DNA of 64,000 nt. Source: Candidatus Liminaster caballi (GTDB lineage: Bacteria; Bacteroidota; Bacteroidia; Bacteroidales; UBA3663). Position 1 is the stretch's first letter, and each line of letters opens with the position of its first letter. The position numbers and the translations under genes were made by a program. Below the pieces are notes generated by a model. The model did no database searches. It saw only the letters and a program-made list of their open reading frames with translations, and was not told the origin of the DNA. The stretch lies in NCBI GenBank assembly GCA_018065085.1, contig JAGHUA010000016.1, positions 34,952-98,951 of the forward strand. The letters run 5' to 3'. Positions 53,956 to 62,376 of the stretch are shown here, piece by piece.

Positions 53956-54702
53956 ATGAAAAAGTTTTTCAGCCTATTGACGGCAATTAGTTTCTTTGCA
54001 ATCTGTTCTGAGGCACAGGTTGTAGATAACAATCCAATGCGAAAGAATCGTGGTGAATTTTGTTTTCAGCAAGTTCCTGCAGAATTTACGACAGACGGGC
54101 AATTACAGGTGTGGATGGTAAACTTGTTCGAAGAAAACAGAAATTCTTCATATCCAGACAGAGGAGTAGCATCTTTAATTGATGAGGATTTAAACGAAAA
54201 GAAACAGGTTGAAATTAATGGATATCCGTTGACATTTAAGGATCTCAATCAACCTTATGCCTCTGATTTCGGATTCTATCTTAGTCAGACTTTGTTTAAT
54301 TCGGATAGCAAGTATGAAATTATTGAAGGGGTAATGACGACTAAATCAGATGATTACTTAGAAGGTTACTTATTCTTAACAGGTTTCAAGATTGTTTCTG
54401 AGGGTACAGTTCTGCAAACAGTCAATTTTCCCAATGGTATTGAAAGCGACGGATATGGATTCTATCCAACTATTATCAAAATCGGTAGCAAGTTGTATCT
54501 TTACATTGACGGTCTAACAGACAATAATGGTAATTATTACGAACTGGTTTACAAAATCAATTCAGCTGCAAGCAACGTATCTTTGGTGCGTCAGGACTAT
54601 GTGGGTAAGACAAGAAAAATTTACAACAATGGTAGATTCCTCATTGAGAACGCAGAAGGCAAACTTTATAGAACCGATGGCGTAGAAGCCGTTAGTGAGT
54701 AA
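53956..54702 (+). CDS. hypothetical exported protein
   Basis: The start was moved to the ATG at 53956, ahead of the signal peptide MKKFFSLLTAISFFAICSEAQ. The length is 248 aa and no family was recognised. Confidence 0.6.
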   Translation: MKKFFSLLTAISFFAICSEAQVVDNNPMRKNRGEFCFQQVPAEFTTDGQLQVWMVNLFEENRNSSYPDRGVASLIDEDLNEKKQVEINGYPLTFKDLNQPYASDFGFYLSQTLFNSDSKYEIIEGVMTTKSDDYLEGYLFLTGFKIVSEGTVLQTVNFPNGIESDGYGFYPTIIKIGSKLYLYIDGLTDNNGNYYELVYKINSAASNVSLVRQDYVGKTRKIYNNGRFLIENAEGKLYRTDGVEAVSE

Positions 54703-54722
54703 TCTCGCATGATTAAAATAAA

Positions 54723-54758
54723 CTCCCACAATCCTTGTCGATTGTGGGAGTTTTTTTT
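54723..54758 (+). terminator. strong intrinsic terminator
   Basis: A 10-bp perfect stem (ctcccacaat/attgtgggag) with an 8-nt loop is followed by T8. The A-rich left flank makes it potentially bidirectional for higA. Confidence 0.75.
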
Positions 54759-54812
54759 ACGATCGATTATATCAGTTTCTTTCCTCGTTGAGATTGTGGA
54801 ATGTAAAATGTT

Positions 54813-55178
54813 TTACACGCCAAGCACGATACGTGCATCCACGTTCATCTTGCGGCTGATTTCTCTGGCGACCTGCAAAGTGGGTTCGCATCGACCCGTA
54901 AAGATGTCGCTTATGCGAGATGGGCTTACCCCAAGGAGTTCTGAGAGCTTGGCCTGGTTGAGTCCCATCTCATACATACGAAGTTTCATCACCTCGATGA
55001 GCGTTGGCTGTTCAATTGGATAATGTTCATCCTCGTATTCAGAAACCATATCGGTAAGAAGGTTAAGTTCGACGGCATTCTTATCGGTCGCTGGAGTGTC
55101 ATCTGTAACGAGAGGAAGTAGTTCCTCGATACGAGCCATAGTGGCGTCGTATGCTGCTTTGGTAGTTATCTTTGCCAT
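54813..55178 (-). CDS. higA: HigA-family antitoxin (XRE-type HTH)
   Basis: The C-terminal HTH is LNQAKLSELLGVSPSRISDIFTGR. It lies immediately downstream of higB. Confidence 0.75.
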   Translation of the reverse strand: MAKITTKAAYDATMARIEELLPLVTDDTPATDKNAVELNLLTDMVSEYEDEHYPIEQPTLIEVMKLRMYEMGLNQAKLSELLGVSPSRISDIFTGRCEPTLQVAREISRKMNVDARIVLGV

Positions 55179-55193
55179 AGTGTGTACTTTAAA

Positions 55194-55487
55194 TTATATA
55201 TTCTTGGCATCAATCTTGTCATACTCAGCATGTGTGCCGATAAAGCGGATCAGTACGGTGCTGATGGTGAATTTGATGACCACGATGAGTCTATAGTTGT
55301 TGCCTCGTATATTGAATACGTAGTGCTGATTTCCAATGGCATCAACGCTGTTGAATGTCTGTCGTATGTCATCAAAACAAGTCCATTGTGCATTCTTGGT
55401 TTTGGTGTACCATTCTTCCAGGGCTACTCGAGAATCTGCGTGTGCGGTATAATACTCAATAATTCTTGAACGGGCGATTATTCGCAT
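55194..55487 (-). CDS. higB: HigB-family type II toxin (mRNA interferase)
   Basis: The 97-aa product reads MRIIARSRIIEYY......ALEEWY......A.W....D......SVD..GN..YVFNI.GN.YRLI. The toxin-first gene order is typical of higBA. Confidence 0.8.
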   Translation of the reverse strand: MRIIARSRIIEYYTAHADSRVALEEWYTKTKNAQWTCFDDIRQTFNSVDAIGNQHYVFNIRGNNYRLIVVIKFTISTVLIRFIGTHAEYDKIDAKNI

Positions 55488-55509
55488 AGATGAGATGTAT
55501 TAGGAGATG

Positions 55510-55517
55510 CAAAGATA
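55510..55517 (-). promoter_or_regulatory. -7 box (reverse complement TATCTTTG) for higBA
   Basis: The minus strand reads ccctatctttgcatc, 23 nt upstream of the higB ATG. Confidence 0.5.
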
Positions 55518-55812
55518 GGGTTTATAATTTAAAAAACAAAATTTTCTTCTGAAAAATGGAATTATTATTGTCAAATTATAGGAGTTTGCTAAAATTCGTA
55601 CCAAAAAAGCGCGCAAACTTGACAAAAGTCGTACCAAAAAATAATTCGACCTGTAGGGATGAAGATGCCATCGGCAACAGATATTGGAAGCCAGCCATGA
55701 TGGTTGACTACCAGTATTTAATCCCTAACGGGATATAGCTGCCGCAATCAAAATTTTATCCGTATAGGCCGAAAAAACTCGAGTTGTACGGTTAAATTCG
55801 AAAAAGATATTT

Positions 55813-55868
55813 ATGATAAAATTTATGGTAAATTCATGAACTGAAATTTATGTTGCGCCGCAGGCAAT
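55813..55868. repeat. second copy of the atgRtaaaWtt phased repeats plus ttgcgccgcaggcaat
   Basis: 55844-55868 is identical to 17532-17556 (25 nt). 11-12-bp phased units precede it. Confidence 0.8.
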
Positions 55869-55918
55869 ATTTTTATTTCGCATAATTAGTTCTTTATGAT
55901 CATAAAAGATTGCACAGA

Positions 55919-57316
55919 TTAGAGATTTCGGATGCGCCATTCAGTCGGATATAGGCTGTTGGTGCGGTTGCCGAGGTTCTTGACAAAGCCGAGAGGCGTG
56001 GAACGGTAGGTGAGGAGCACATAGCCGCGCGGTGTGTCGGCAGGGAGAATGATGTTGTCGCGACGGAGATAGGTCAGAGCCGTGTCAAGGTCGAGATCAA
56101 ACGTCGGGAATGTGTCTGGACGCAAGGCTGTGCTAAGCGCAAGCGCATGGGCAGGGATCAGATCCTTGCCCTTTTGTGTGCCAAGTTCGATGCCTGCATG
56201 AAGCAGGAAGAGACGCTGGTCGATGAGTGCCTGATAGAGTGGCAGAAGTGTGTCGGGAATGGCACGGATGGTTCCGTCGGCAGCAACCTGGATGCTGGCA
56301 GGGACATCGATCCATGAAAGAAGATGCTGGAGTTCCTTTGGTGTACGCGACGGTTTCTGTCGCAGGGGAGTGGACGATGAAGAAGAACCGTTCTTGCGCA
56401 AGGCTGCCATAAATAGACCCTCGCCCTTGGTGAAATGAGGCATAAAACGACATGCTGACTCAGGACGGACACCTGGCGCAAAGTCGCCGCATAGGGCAGG
56501 ATGGATGTGCCAATCGGGCTGCGTCGGGATTGGAAGAATAGAGGCGCCGAGTTCGTCGCAAATGAACTGGAGCTGTTCCTCGTCCTCGTGAACATTGAAC
56601 GTGCATGTGCTGTAAATGAGTAATCCGCCAGGCTTGAGGCATGGCCAGATGTCGCGCAAAATCTGACGCTGAAGGGCTGCGCATTCGTGTACTTTGGCAG
56701 GATTCCATTCAGCGATCGAGCCTTCATCCTTTCTGAACATTCCTTCGCCAGAACATGGCACATCGGCAATAACGACGTCGAACACTTCGCGCAACTTGCT
56801 GAAATGCGCTGGAGCATTGCCCGTGACACAGACATTCGGATTGCCCCATTTCTGGATGTTCTCGGCAAGGATGCGCGAGCGTTTGCGGTCAATCTCGTTG
56901 CTCACAAGGATGCTTCCTTCGGGCAGGACGGAAAGTGCAGCCGTGCTCTTGCCTCCGGGAGCAGCACATAGGTCAATGGCTGTGACGGGAGTATCGACGA
57001 ACGTGCGCAGCACATGGGTGATGAACATGCTCGAAGCCTCCTGAACGTAGTATGCACCTGCATGGAGAAGCGGATCGAGCGTGAACTGCGGACGCTGTGA
57101 GATATAATGACCTGATGAAGTCCATGGCACAGGCGAAAACTGTGCGCCGGGAGCCGGAATGACAGACTCGACAGGAGTGCCGGACGGAAATTTGGCGGCG
57201 TTGAGACGGATGCTGACCGAAGGGTCGGTGTTGGTCAGAGAATCGACAAAGGAATCATGTTCGGCAGCTGGCAGAACGGACTTGATATCGTTGAGAAAGG
57301 CTTCAGGAAGGGTCAT
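55919..57316 (-). CDS. NOL1/NOP2/Sun family rRNA (cytosine-C5) methyltransferase, RsmF-like
   Basis: The SAM motif DLCAAPGGKS and the catalytic DVPCSGEGMFRK and YSTCT are present. The length is 465 aa. Confidence 0.8.
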   Translation of the reverse strand: MTLPEAFLNDIKSVLPAAEHDSFVDSLTNTDPSVSIRLNAAKFPSGTPVESVIPAPGAQFSPVPWTSSGHYISQRPQFTLDPLLHAGAYYVQEASSMFITHVLRTFVDTPVTAIDLCAAPGGKSTAALSVLPEGSILVSNEIDRKRSRILAENIQKWGNPNVCVTGNAPAHFSKLREVFDVVIADVPCSGEGMFRKDEGSIAEWNPAKVHECAALQRQILRDIWPCLKPGGLLIYSTCTFNVHEDEEQLQFICDELGASILPIPTQPDWHIHPALCGDFAPGVRPESACRFMPHFTKGEGLFMAALRKNGSSSSSTPLRQKPSRTPKELQHLLSWIDVPASIQVAADGTIRAIPDTLLPLYQALIDQRLFLLHAGIELGTQKGKDLIPAHALALSTALRPDTFPTFDLDLDTALTYLRRDNIILPADTPRGYVLLTYRSTPLGFVKNLGNRTNSLYPTEWRIRNL

Positions 57317-57406
57317 GTTGGTGCAAAAATGTGGTTGAAACGCCTTGAAATGCTAAAATTTTTTGCAAAAGTACGTGATTTTTTTCGTTCTTCCAAATTT
57401 TTTGTG

Positions 57407-57414
57407 TATTTTTG
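57407..57414 (+). promoter_or_regulatory. -7 box TATTTTTG
   Basis: It matches TAnnTTTG and lies 22 nt upstream of the ATG at 57436. Confidence 0.4.
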
Positions 57415-57435
57415 CGCAAAATTATGCTATAAACT

Positions 57436-58176
57436 ATGCTCGAACCTGCCGTTTATCTTATTCCCGTGACGCTTGGCGATACACCAATCAGCCAGGTGCT
57501 GCCGTCCTATAATCACGATGTGATAGTGGAGATCAGGCATTTCATTGTGGAGAACGTGCGCAGTGCGCGACGCTTTCTGAAGAAGGTGGAGCCAACGATC
57601 GACATTGACCAGCTGACCTTCTACGAACTAAACACCCATACCGACCGCACGCGCATCGATGCATATCTTAATCCTTTGACGCGCGACCGTCTGCCTGTGG
57701 GCATCATCAGCGAGGCTGGATGTCCGGCTGTGGCTGACCCGGGTGCTGATGTCGTTGCCATTGCCCAGAGAAAAGGGCTGAAGGTGGTGCCGCTGGTCGG
57801 TCCGTCGAGCATGATCATGAGCGTGATGGCATCGGGCATGAACGGACAGAGTTTTGCATTCTGCGGCTACCTTCCCATTGACGATTCTTCGCGTACAGCC
57901 CGCATCAAACATCTTGAGGCACGTGCATTGAGCGAGGATCAGACCCAGCTTTTCATCGAAACACCCTATCGCAACGGCAAGATGATGCAGACGCTGTTGC
58001 AGACACTCCGCCAACAGACGCGCATCGGCCTGGCAAGCAACATCACATGTCCGGACGAGTCGATACATACGCGCACCGTTGCCGAATGGCGCAAACTTAT
58101 TCCTGTCAATGCGTCGGAAGAACAGTTGGCGCGCCATGTGCCTAAAGTACCGTCGATATTCCTGATTGGCAAATAA
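57436..58176 (+). CDS. tetrapyrrole-methylase-fold SAM-dependent methyltransferase, RsmI-like
   Basis: SEAGCPAVADPG and VPLVGPSS are present, and the length is 246 aa. The motifs resemble those of the RsmI/TP-methylase superfamily. Confidence 0.55.
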   Translation: MLEPAVYLIPVTLGDTPISQVLPSYNHDVIVEIRHFIVENVRSARRFLKKVEPTIDIDQLTFYELNTHTDRTRIDAYLNPLTRDRLPVGIISEAGCPAVADPGADVVAIAQRKGLKVVPLVGPSSMIMSVMASGMNGQSFAFCGYLPIDDSSRTARIKHLEARALSEDQTQLFIETPYRNGKMMQTLLQTLRQQTRIGLASNITCPDESIHTRTVAEWRKLIPVNASEEQLARHVPKVPSIFLIGK

Positions 58177-58201
58177 CAAACCATAGATAATCATCACAAA
58201 C

Positions 58202-59065
58202 GTGCTTCGTTTTATGTGTCTTGGCAGTGGCAGCAGTGGCAATTGCTACTACCTCGGAACCGAAAAATATGCCATACTGATAGATGCGGGCATCGCAGGT
58301 CGCAGCATCCGTCAGACGCTGAAGAACAACGGTCTCTTCGGCGTGCCGGTTCGCGCACTGCTCATCACACACGATCACACCGACCATATCAGAGGTGCGT
58401 CGATGGTGTCGAGCATCATGGGATGTCCTGTCTATACGACCGAGGAGGTGCATCGGGGCATGGATCATAACTACGGACTGCAGAACAAGATCCCGACTGC
58501 CAGCAGGAGAAATCTGGTGCGCGACGAGGCGTTTGAGATTCCGACTACGGGATTCGTCGTCACTCCGTTCAGCGTTCCTCACGACAGTCATGACAACGTG
58601 GGCTATCACATCGTGTGGCATGAAGGCGACAAGACGGAGCGTTTTTGTCTTGTTACCGACTGCGGTTACCTTACACCAGATGTGGTTAAATATGTGGGAA
58701 TGGCCGATCACCTCGTGGTGGAGTCAAACCATGACGTGAACATGTTGATGACCGGTTCGTATCCTTATTACCTGAAGGTGAGGGTGCGCGGTGAGGGCGG
58801 ACATCTGAGCAACGATGAGTGTGCCACACTGCTGCGCCAGACCTATCATCCGGAACTGAAGCACGTTTTCCTTTGCCACCTGTCGGCCGACAACAATAAA
58901 CCGGACATCGCATACAAAACAGCCTCAGACGCGCTGTCTGGGGCAGGTGCAATAGTGGGATATGGTGGAATAACGCTGGCAGCATTGGCCAGAACTGAGG
59001 CATCGCAGATCTACAGGTTCGACTCACAGTCGCCCGAATCGCTGCAACTGACCCTCGATTTTTGA
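58202..59065 (+). CDS. MBL-fold metallo-hydrolase
   Basis: The metallo-beta-lactamase His motif LITHDHTDHIRG is present. The start is either GTG at 58202 or ATG at 58214. Confidence 0.7.
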   Translation: MLRFMCLGSGSSGNCYYLGTEKYAILIDAGIAGRSIRQTLKNNGLFGVPVRALLITHDHTDHIRGASMVSSIMGCPVYTTEEVHRGMDHNYGLQNKIPTASRRNLVRDEAFEIPTTGFVVTPFSVPHDSHDNVGYHIVWHEGDKTERFCLVTDCGYLTPDVVKYVGMADHLVVESNHDVNMLMTGSYPYYLKVRVRGEGGHLSNDECATLLRQTYHPELKHVFLCHLSADNNKPDIAYKTASDALSGAGAIVGYGGITLAALARTEASQIYRFDSQSPESLQLTLDF

Positions 59066-59115
59066 AAAAATAAAGGTTCTGAGAGTTTCAAACATTGCTC
59101 TCAGAACCTTTTCTA

Positions 59116-59541
59116 TTAGAGTTCCTTCTTGATCTTCTCGATCATCTCCTGATACTCAGCGTCAGAGAGATAGACCTTGCCTGGATTCATCTGGAAAGTT
59201 CCGCCGTAGTCAGGACCATCGACATACTTTGGAGCAAGATGGAAGTGAAGGTGGCTGAGCTTGTCGCTGTATGCACCATAGTTGATCTTCTCAGGATTGA
59301 ATGCACGCTGCATTGCGCGTGTAGCCTGAGCTACGTCTGCCATGAAATCGTTGCGCTGCTGATCGTTGAGCTCGTTGAGGTCATTGACATGCTCGTCGTA
59401 GCTGACAAGGCAACGACCGCGATAGGTCTGCTCCTTGAAGAGGAAAAGACGTGACACACGAAGGTGGCAGATTTCAATCATGAGGTTGTGAAGAGTCTCG
59501 TTGTTTGTGCAATAAAGGCACTGTTTTGGATCGCTGTACAT
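59116..59541 (-). CDS. HIT family protein
   Basis: The histidine triad HLHFHLAPK is present and the length is 141 aa. Confidence 0.75.
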   Translation of the reverse strand: MYSDPKQCLYCTNNETLHNLMIEICHLRVSRLFLFKEQTYRGRCLVSYDEHVNDLNELNDQQRNDFMADVAQATRAMQRAFNPEKINYGAYSDKLSHLHFHLAPKYVDGPDYGGTFQMNPGKVYLSDAEYQEMIEKIKKEL

Positions 59542-59549
59542 AGTTGTGT

Positions 59550-59612
59550 AGTGTGTAAAGGGTAAGGGAGTAAAGAGTAATGGGTAAAGAGTAATGAGGG
59601 TGAAGAGTAATG
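59550..59612. repeat. C-free 'word' repeats (gtaaagRg / gtaatgRg variants)
   Basis: The + strand has no C from 59540 to 59618. It uses the same word family as the reverse complement of 47600-47670. Confidence 0.85.
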
Positions 59613-61118
59613 TTAATTGACCATCTTCACACCGTTACGGATGATGAGACCTCGGTGATTGCCGTCAACACGGCGGCCATAAAGGTCGAAGAAGCCATCA
59701 ACGTCGTGGGTGGAAGGTGTGCTAACCGACTCGATGGCGGTGGCAGGAACGATGGTAACGTTCTGATTGCGATCGACATTGATGAGATTAGAACGGGTTT
59801 CCTGACCGTTGCTGGCACGATAAACGGCCTGCACGCCGAGTGTCTCAAATCCGCTGATGCTGAGCAATACGTAGTTATATATGCCATCGCAGAAGATGTC
59901 CCACTGACGGCTGTCGCTATAGCCATAAGGAATGAAGGTCATCTCGTTCTCGGATATATAAGGGTAAATGCTACGCTTGAATGTGTAGAGTTCGTTGTTT
60001 ACATATATATAATAGCCGAGCTGGTCTGTGCTGAGATTTATACCTTCGTTGGAAGTGGCATTCTGATAGAAAATGATGCCGTACTGTCCGTATGATAGAT
60101 AATCAAAGCTTGCCTGGACTCCGTAAGGATCAGAAGGCACAAGCTGCAAGTTCTCGTCGTAAGGAGTGAGGACGAACTTATAGTTGTAGTCGGCCATCGA
60201 ACCGTTAAGGAGGTGTGTGACGGCGAACTGGTTGTCTGGATCGGTCTGCTGGATGATGCCGGTCTGATCGTCGATGGTCATGGTGAACGGAGTCATCGAA
60301 CCATGTCCATGCCAGTCGGTTGTGTAACCGCAGAAGAGCAGATAGAGCATGTCAAGACTCATTAGCTGATCGTTGGGGAACGTAATGCGATTGCCGACAC
60401 GCTGTCCCTTGATCCATGCGCCTTGATCAGGTGTGAGCATGTCGAAATAATAATTGTTGCCCTTGACTGCTACATGACCGACACTTCGTGTAGGGTTGCC
60501 CTGATAGTTGTTGTAGTCATAATTATAGGATGTAATGACGGCATCGGCTGGCAGGGGTTCAATCTCTGGTTTGCCGGGATATGGTCTGAAGTCAGGGCAG
60601 AAAATGTAGTCGAAAAGCTGAATGCCGTATTCGTCCTCGCCAAAGAGCGCTATCGGATGGTCGGGCGAATTAAAGTCATCGACGGCTTCAAAGTAACCAG
60701 GACTGACGATTTTCAGTTGTGCTGGCTTGATATAGGCAATCTCATCGTTCTCGTTGAAGACAGGTTCGCCTACTCTCAGCTCGTAGGTGTAGGATTGTCC
60801 ATAATCATCGAAAAACTCCTCGACGGCAACAACCTCGTCAGGATCGAAGACGATTATTGGACCGCTGACATAGCCTTGATCGATGACTCCGTGTATCCAG
60901 AGCTCACGGTACTGAGCCGGGAAGAGAGTACGGAAATAAATATCGTTTTCATCTTCGCCGTAGCAAACCTGATTGACAAGTCCAAAGACATACTCTGTGC
61001 CGCGCGAGGTTTGTAAATAACTGTTCATGACATACCACTCGGGAGTGGAGGTGCCAGCTGGCTGCGCGATGAGCGGCAATACACACAAAGCCAGAACGAA
61101 TGATAATAGTGTGCGCAT
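59613..61118 (-). CDS. hypothetical exported protein with a T9SS type A C-terminal sorting domain
   Basis: A signal peptide is present. The C-terminus FDLYGRRVDGNHRGLIIRNGVKMVN fits the Por-secretion-tail pattern (..L.G.RV.....G.YI.NG.K). Confidence 0.6.
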   Translation of the reverse strand: MRTLLSFVLALCVLPLIAQPAGTSTPEWYVMNSYLQTSRGTEYVFGLVNQVCYGEDENDIYFRTLFPAQYRELWIHGVIDQGYVSGPIIVFDPDEVVAVEEFFDDYGQSYTYELRVGEPVFNENDEIAYIKPAQLKIVSPGYFEAVDDFNSPDHPIALFGEDEYGIQLFDYIFCPDFRPYPGKPEIEPLPADAVITSYNYDYNNYQGNPTRSVGHVAVKGNNYYFDMLTPDQGAWIKGQRVGNRITFPNDQLMSLDMLYLLFCGYTTDWHGHGSMTPFTMTIDDQTGIIQQTDPDNQFAVTHLLNGSMADYNYKFVLTPYDENLQLVPSDPYGVQASFDYLSYGQYGIIFYQNATSNEGINLSTDQLGYYIYVNNELYTFKRSIYPYISENEMTFIPYGYSDSRQWDIFCDGIYNYVLLSISGFETLGVQAVYRASNGQETRSNLINVDRNQNVTIVPATAIESVSTPSTHDVDGFFDLYGRRVDGNHRGLIIRNGVKMVN

Positions 61119-61171
61119 ATAAAAATAAGATTTGGCCAGACTTATGTGATGCTGACGTTGATAGAGTATGT

Positions 61172-61549
61172 TTATACCTCGGCAACAACCTCAATCTCGA
61201 TGAGGCCATTCTTTGGAAGAGTCTTTACGGCAACAGCCGAACGAGCCGGGAACGGAGTAACGAAGTACTGTGAATAGAGTTCGTTGAGAGTGGCGAAGTC
61301 AGCCATGTCGGCCATAAAGACTGAGACCTTGACAACCTTTTCGAACGACGATCCGGCGGCAGCAAGGATTGCACCTACATTCTTAAGGCTCTGTTCGGCC
61401 TGGCTGCGGAAGTCCTCGCCTGCGAAATTGCCTGTTGTTGGATCAATGCCGAGCTGACCGCTTGCATAGAGCATACCGTTGATGACTACTGCCTGACTGT
61501 AAGCACCGATGGCAGCTGGTGCGTTTGGGGTAGAGATAATGGATTTCAT
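61172..61549 (-). CDS. ridA: RidA family reactive-intermediate deaminase
   Basis: The 125-aa product contains APAAIGAYSQAV..NGMLYASGQLG.DP.TG and ends with EIEVVA. Confidence 0.85.
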   Translation of the reverse strand: MKSIISTPNAPAAIGAYSQAVVINGMLYASGQLGIDPTTGNFAGEDFRSQAEQSLKNVGAILAAAGSSFEKVVKVSVFMADMADFATLNELYSQYFVTPFPARSAVAVKTLPKNGLIEIEVVAEV

Positions 61550-61643
61550 TGTTTTATTGTTTTATTGTTTTATTGTTTTATTGTTTTTTAATTTGTAAAT
61601 TTGTCCTTCGTTTTTCGTTCTTCGTATTTTCGTCTTTCGTCAT
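61550..61643. repeat. short 'word' repeats (tgttttat x 4.5, then ttcgtNttt variants)
   Basis: Read directly. It fills the whole spacer between the 176-aa ORF stop and the ridA start. The + strand is C-free from 61550 to 61604. Confidence 0.85.
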
Positions 61644-62174
61644 TCATTGTGCCTGCATGTTGTAGCCGAGATGCTTCAGCCCGAGAGCCGCACCGATGAG
61701 ATAGAGCGCGTGGATGGAGCAGACATAGACATGATAGGCCATAGGAGAGGAGGGCTCGATCTGTTCGTGACGAATCTGGTCGAGCGCCATCTGTGAACAA
61801 GAACGTACGATGTCCTCACAATCCCACTTCATAAGGTCGAAGCGAACGACCTCGTCAAGATAGTCGAAGCCACGTACATCGCGCAGATGCTCATAGAGAT
61901 TCGGGTGTTTGGAATAGACCTCCCATCCGTCATCCCAGTATTTTGCCAATGCCATGCCAGTGTAGAGTGCCCAACCGAGAGAGACAAGCGGATACTTGAC
62001 AATCTCTTTCATGGCATCGGCACAGTACGAGCCGACGATGGTGCTCCATCGGTCGGAAATATCGGGTGTCTGCGGCAACGGCCCTTTGTCGAGACGACCG
62101 ATTCCCTGCAGATACTGCACGATATTCTTGGTAAGATTCTTTTCGTATTGTTCGAGGAATTCTGATTGTTCCAT
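61644..62174 (-). CDS. hypothetical protein
   Basis: The 176-aa ORF lies downstream of the large partial ORF on the same strand. No motif was recognised. Confidence 0.5.
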   Translation of the reverse strand: MEQSEFLEQYEKNLTKNIVQYLQGIGRLDKGPLPQTPDISDRWSTIVGSYCADAMKEIVKYPLVSLGWALYTGMALAKYWDDGWEVYSKHPNLYEHLRDVRGFDYLDEVVRFDLMKWDCEDIVRSCSQMALDQIRHEQIEPSSPMAYHVYVCSIHALYLIGAALGLKHLGYNMQAQ

Positions 62175-62376
62175 TTTTTTTGAGTTTTAACAAAATAAAT
62201 CGGACTGTGTCGCGTTATAATAATGTAACGAAACAAAACATCCACTGCCTATGAAGCATCGCTTTACTCCTTTAATCTCAGCCGCACTGAAGAAATCTGT
62301 AGAGCCGTTGGGTCCAAGCCTTGAAACTATCTGCATGTTGCAGGTTCTGGCTAGAACATACGTTCCAGGCGTTTCA

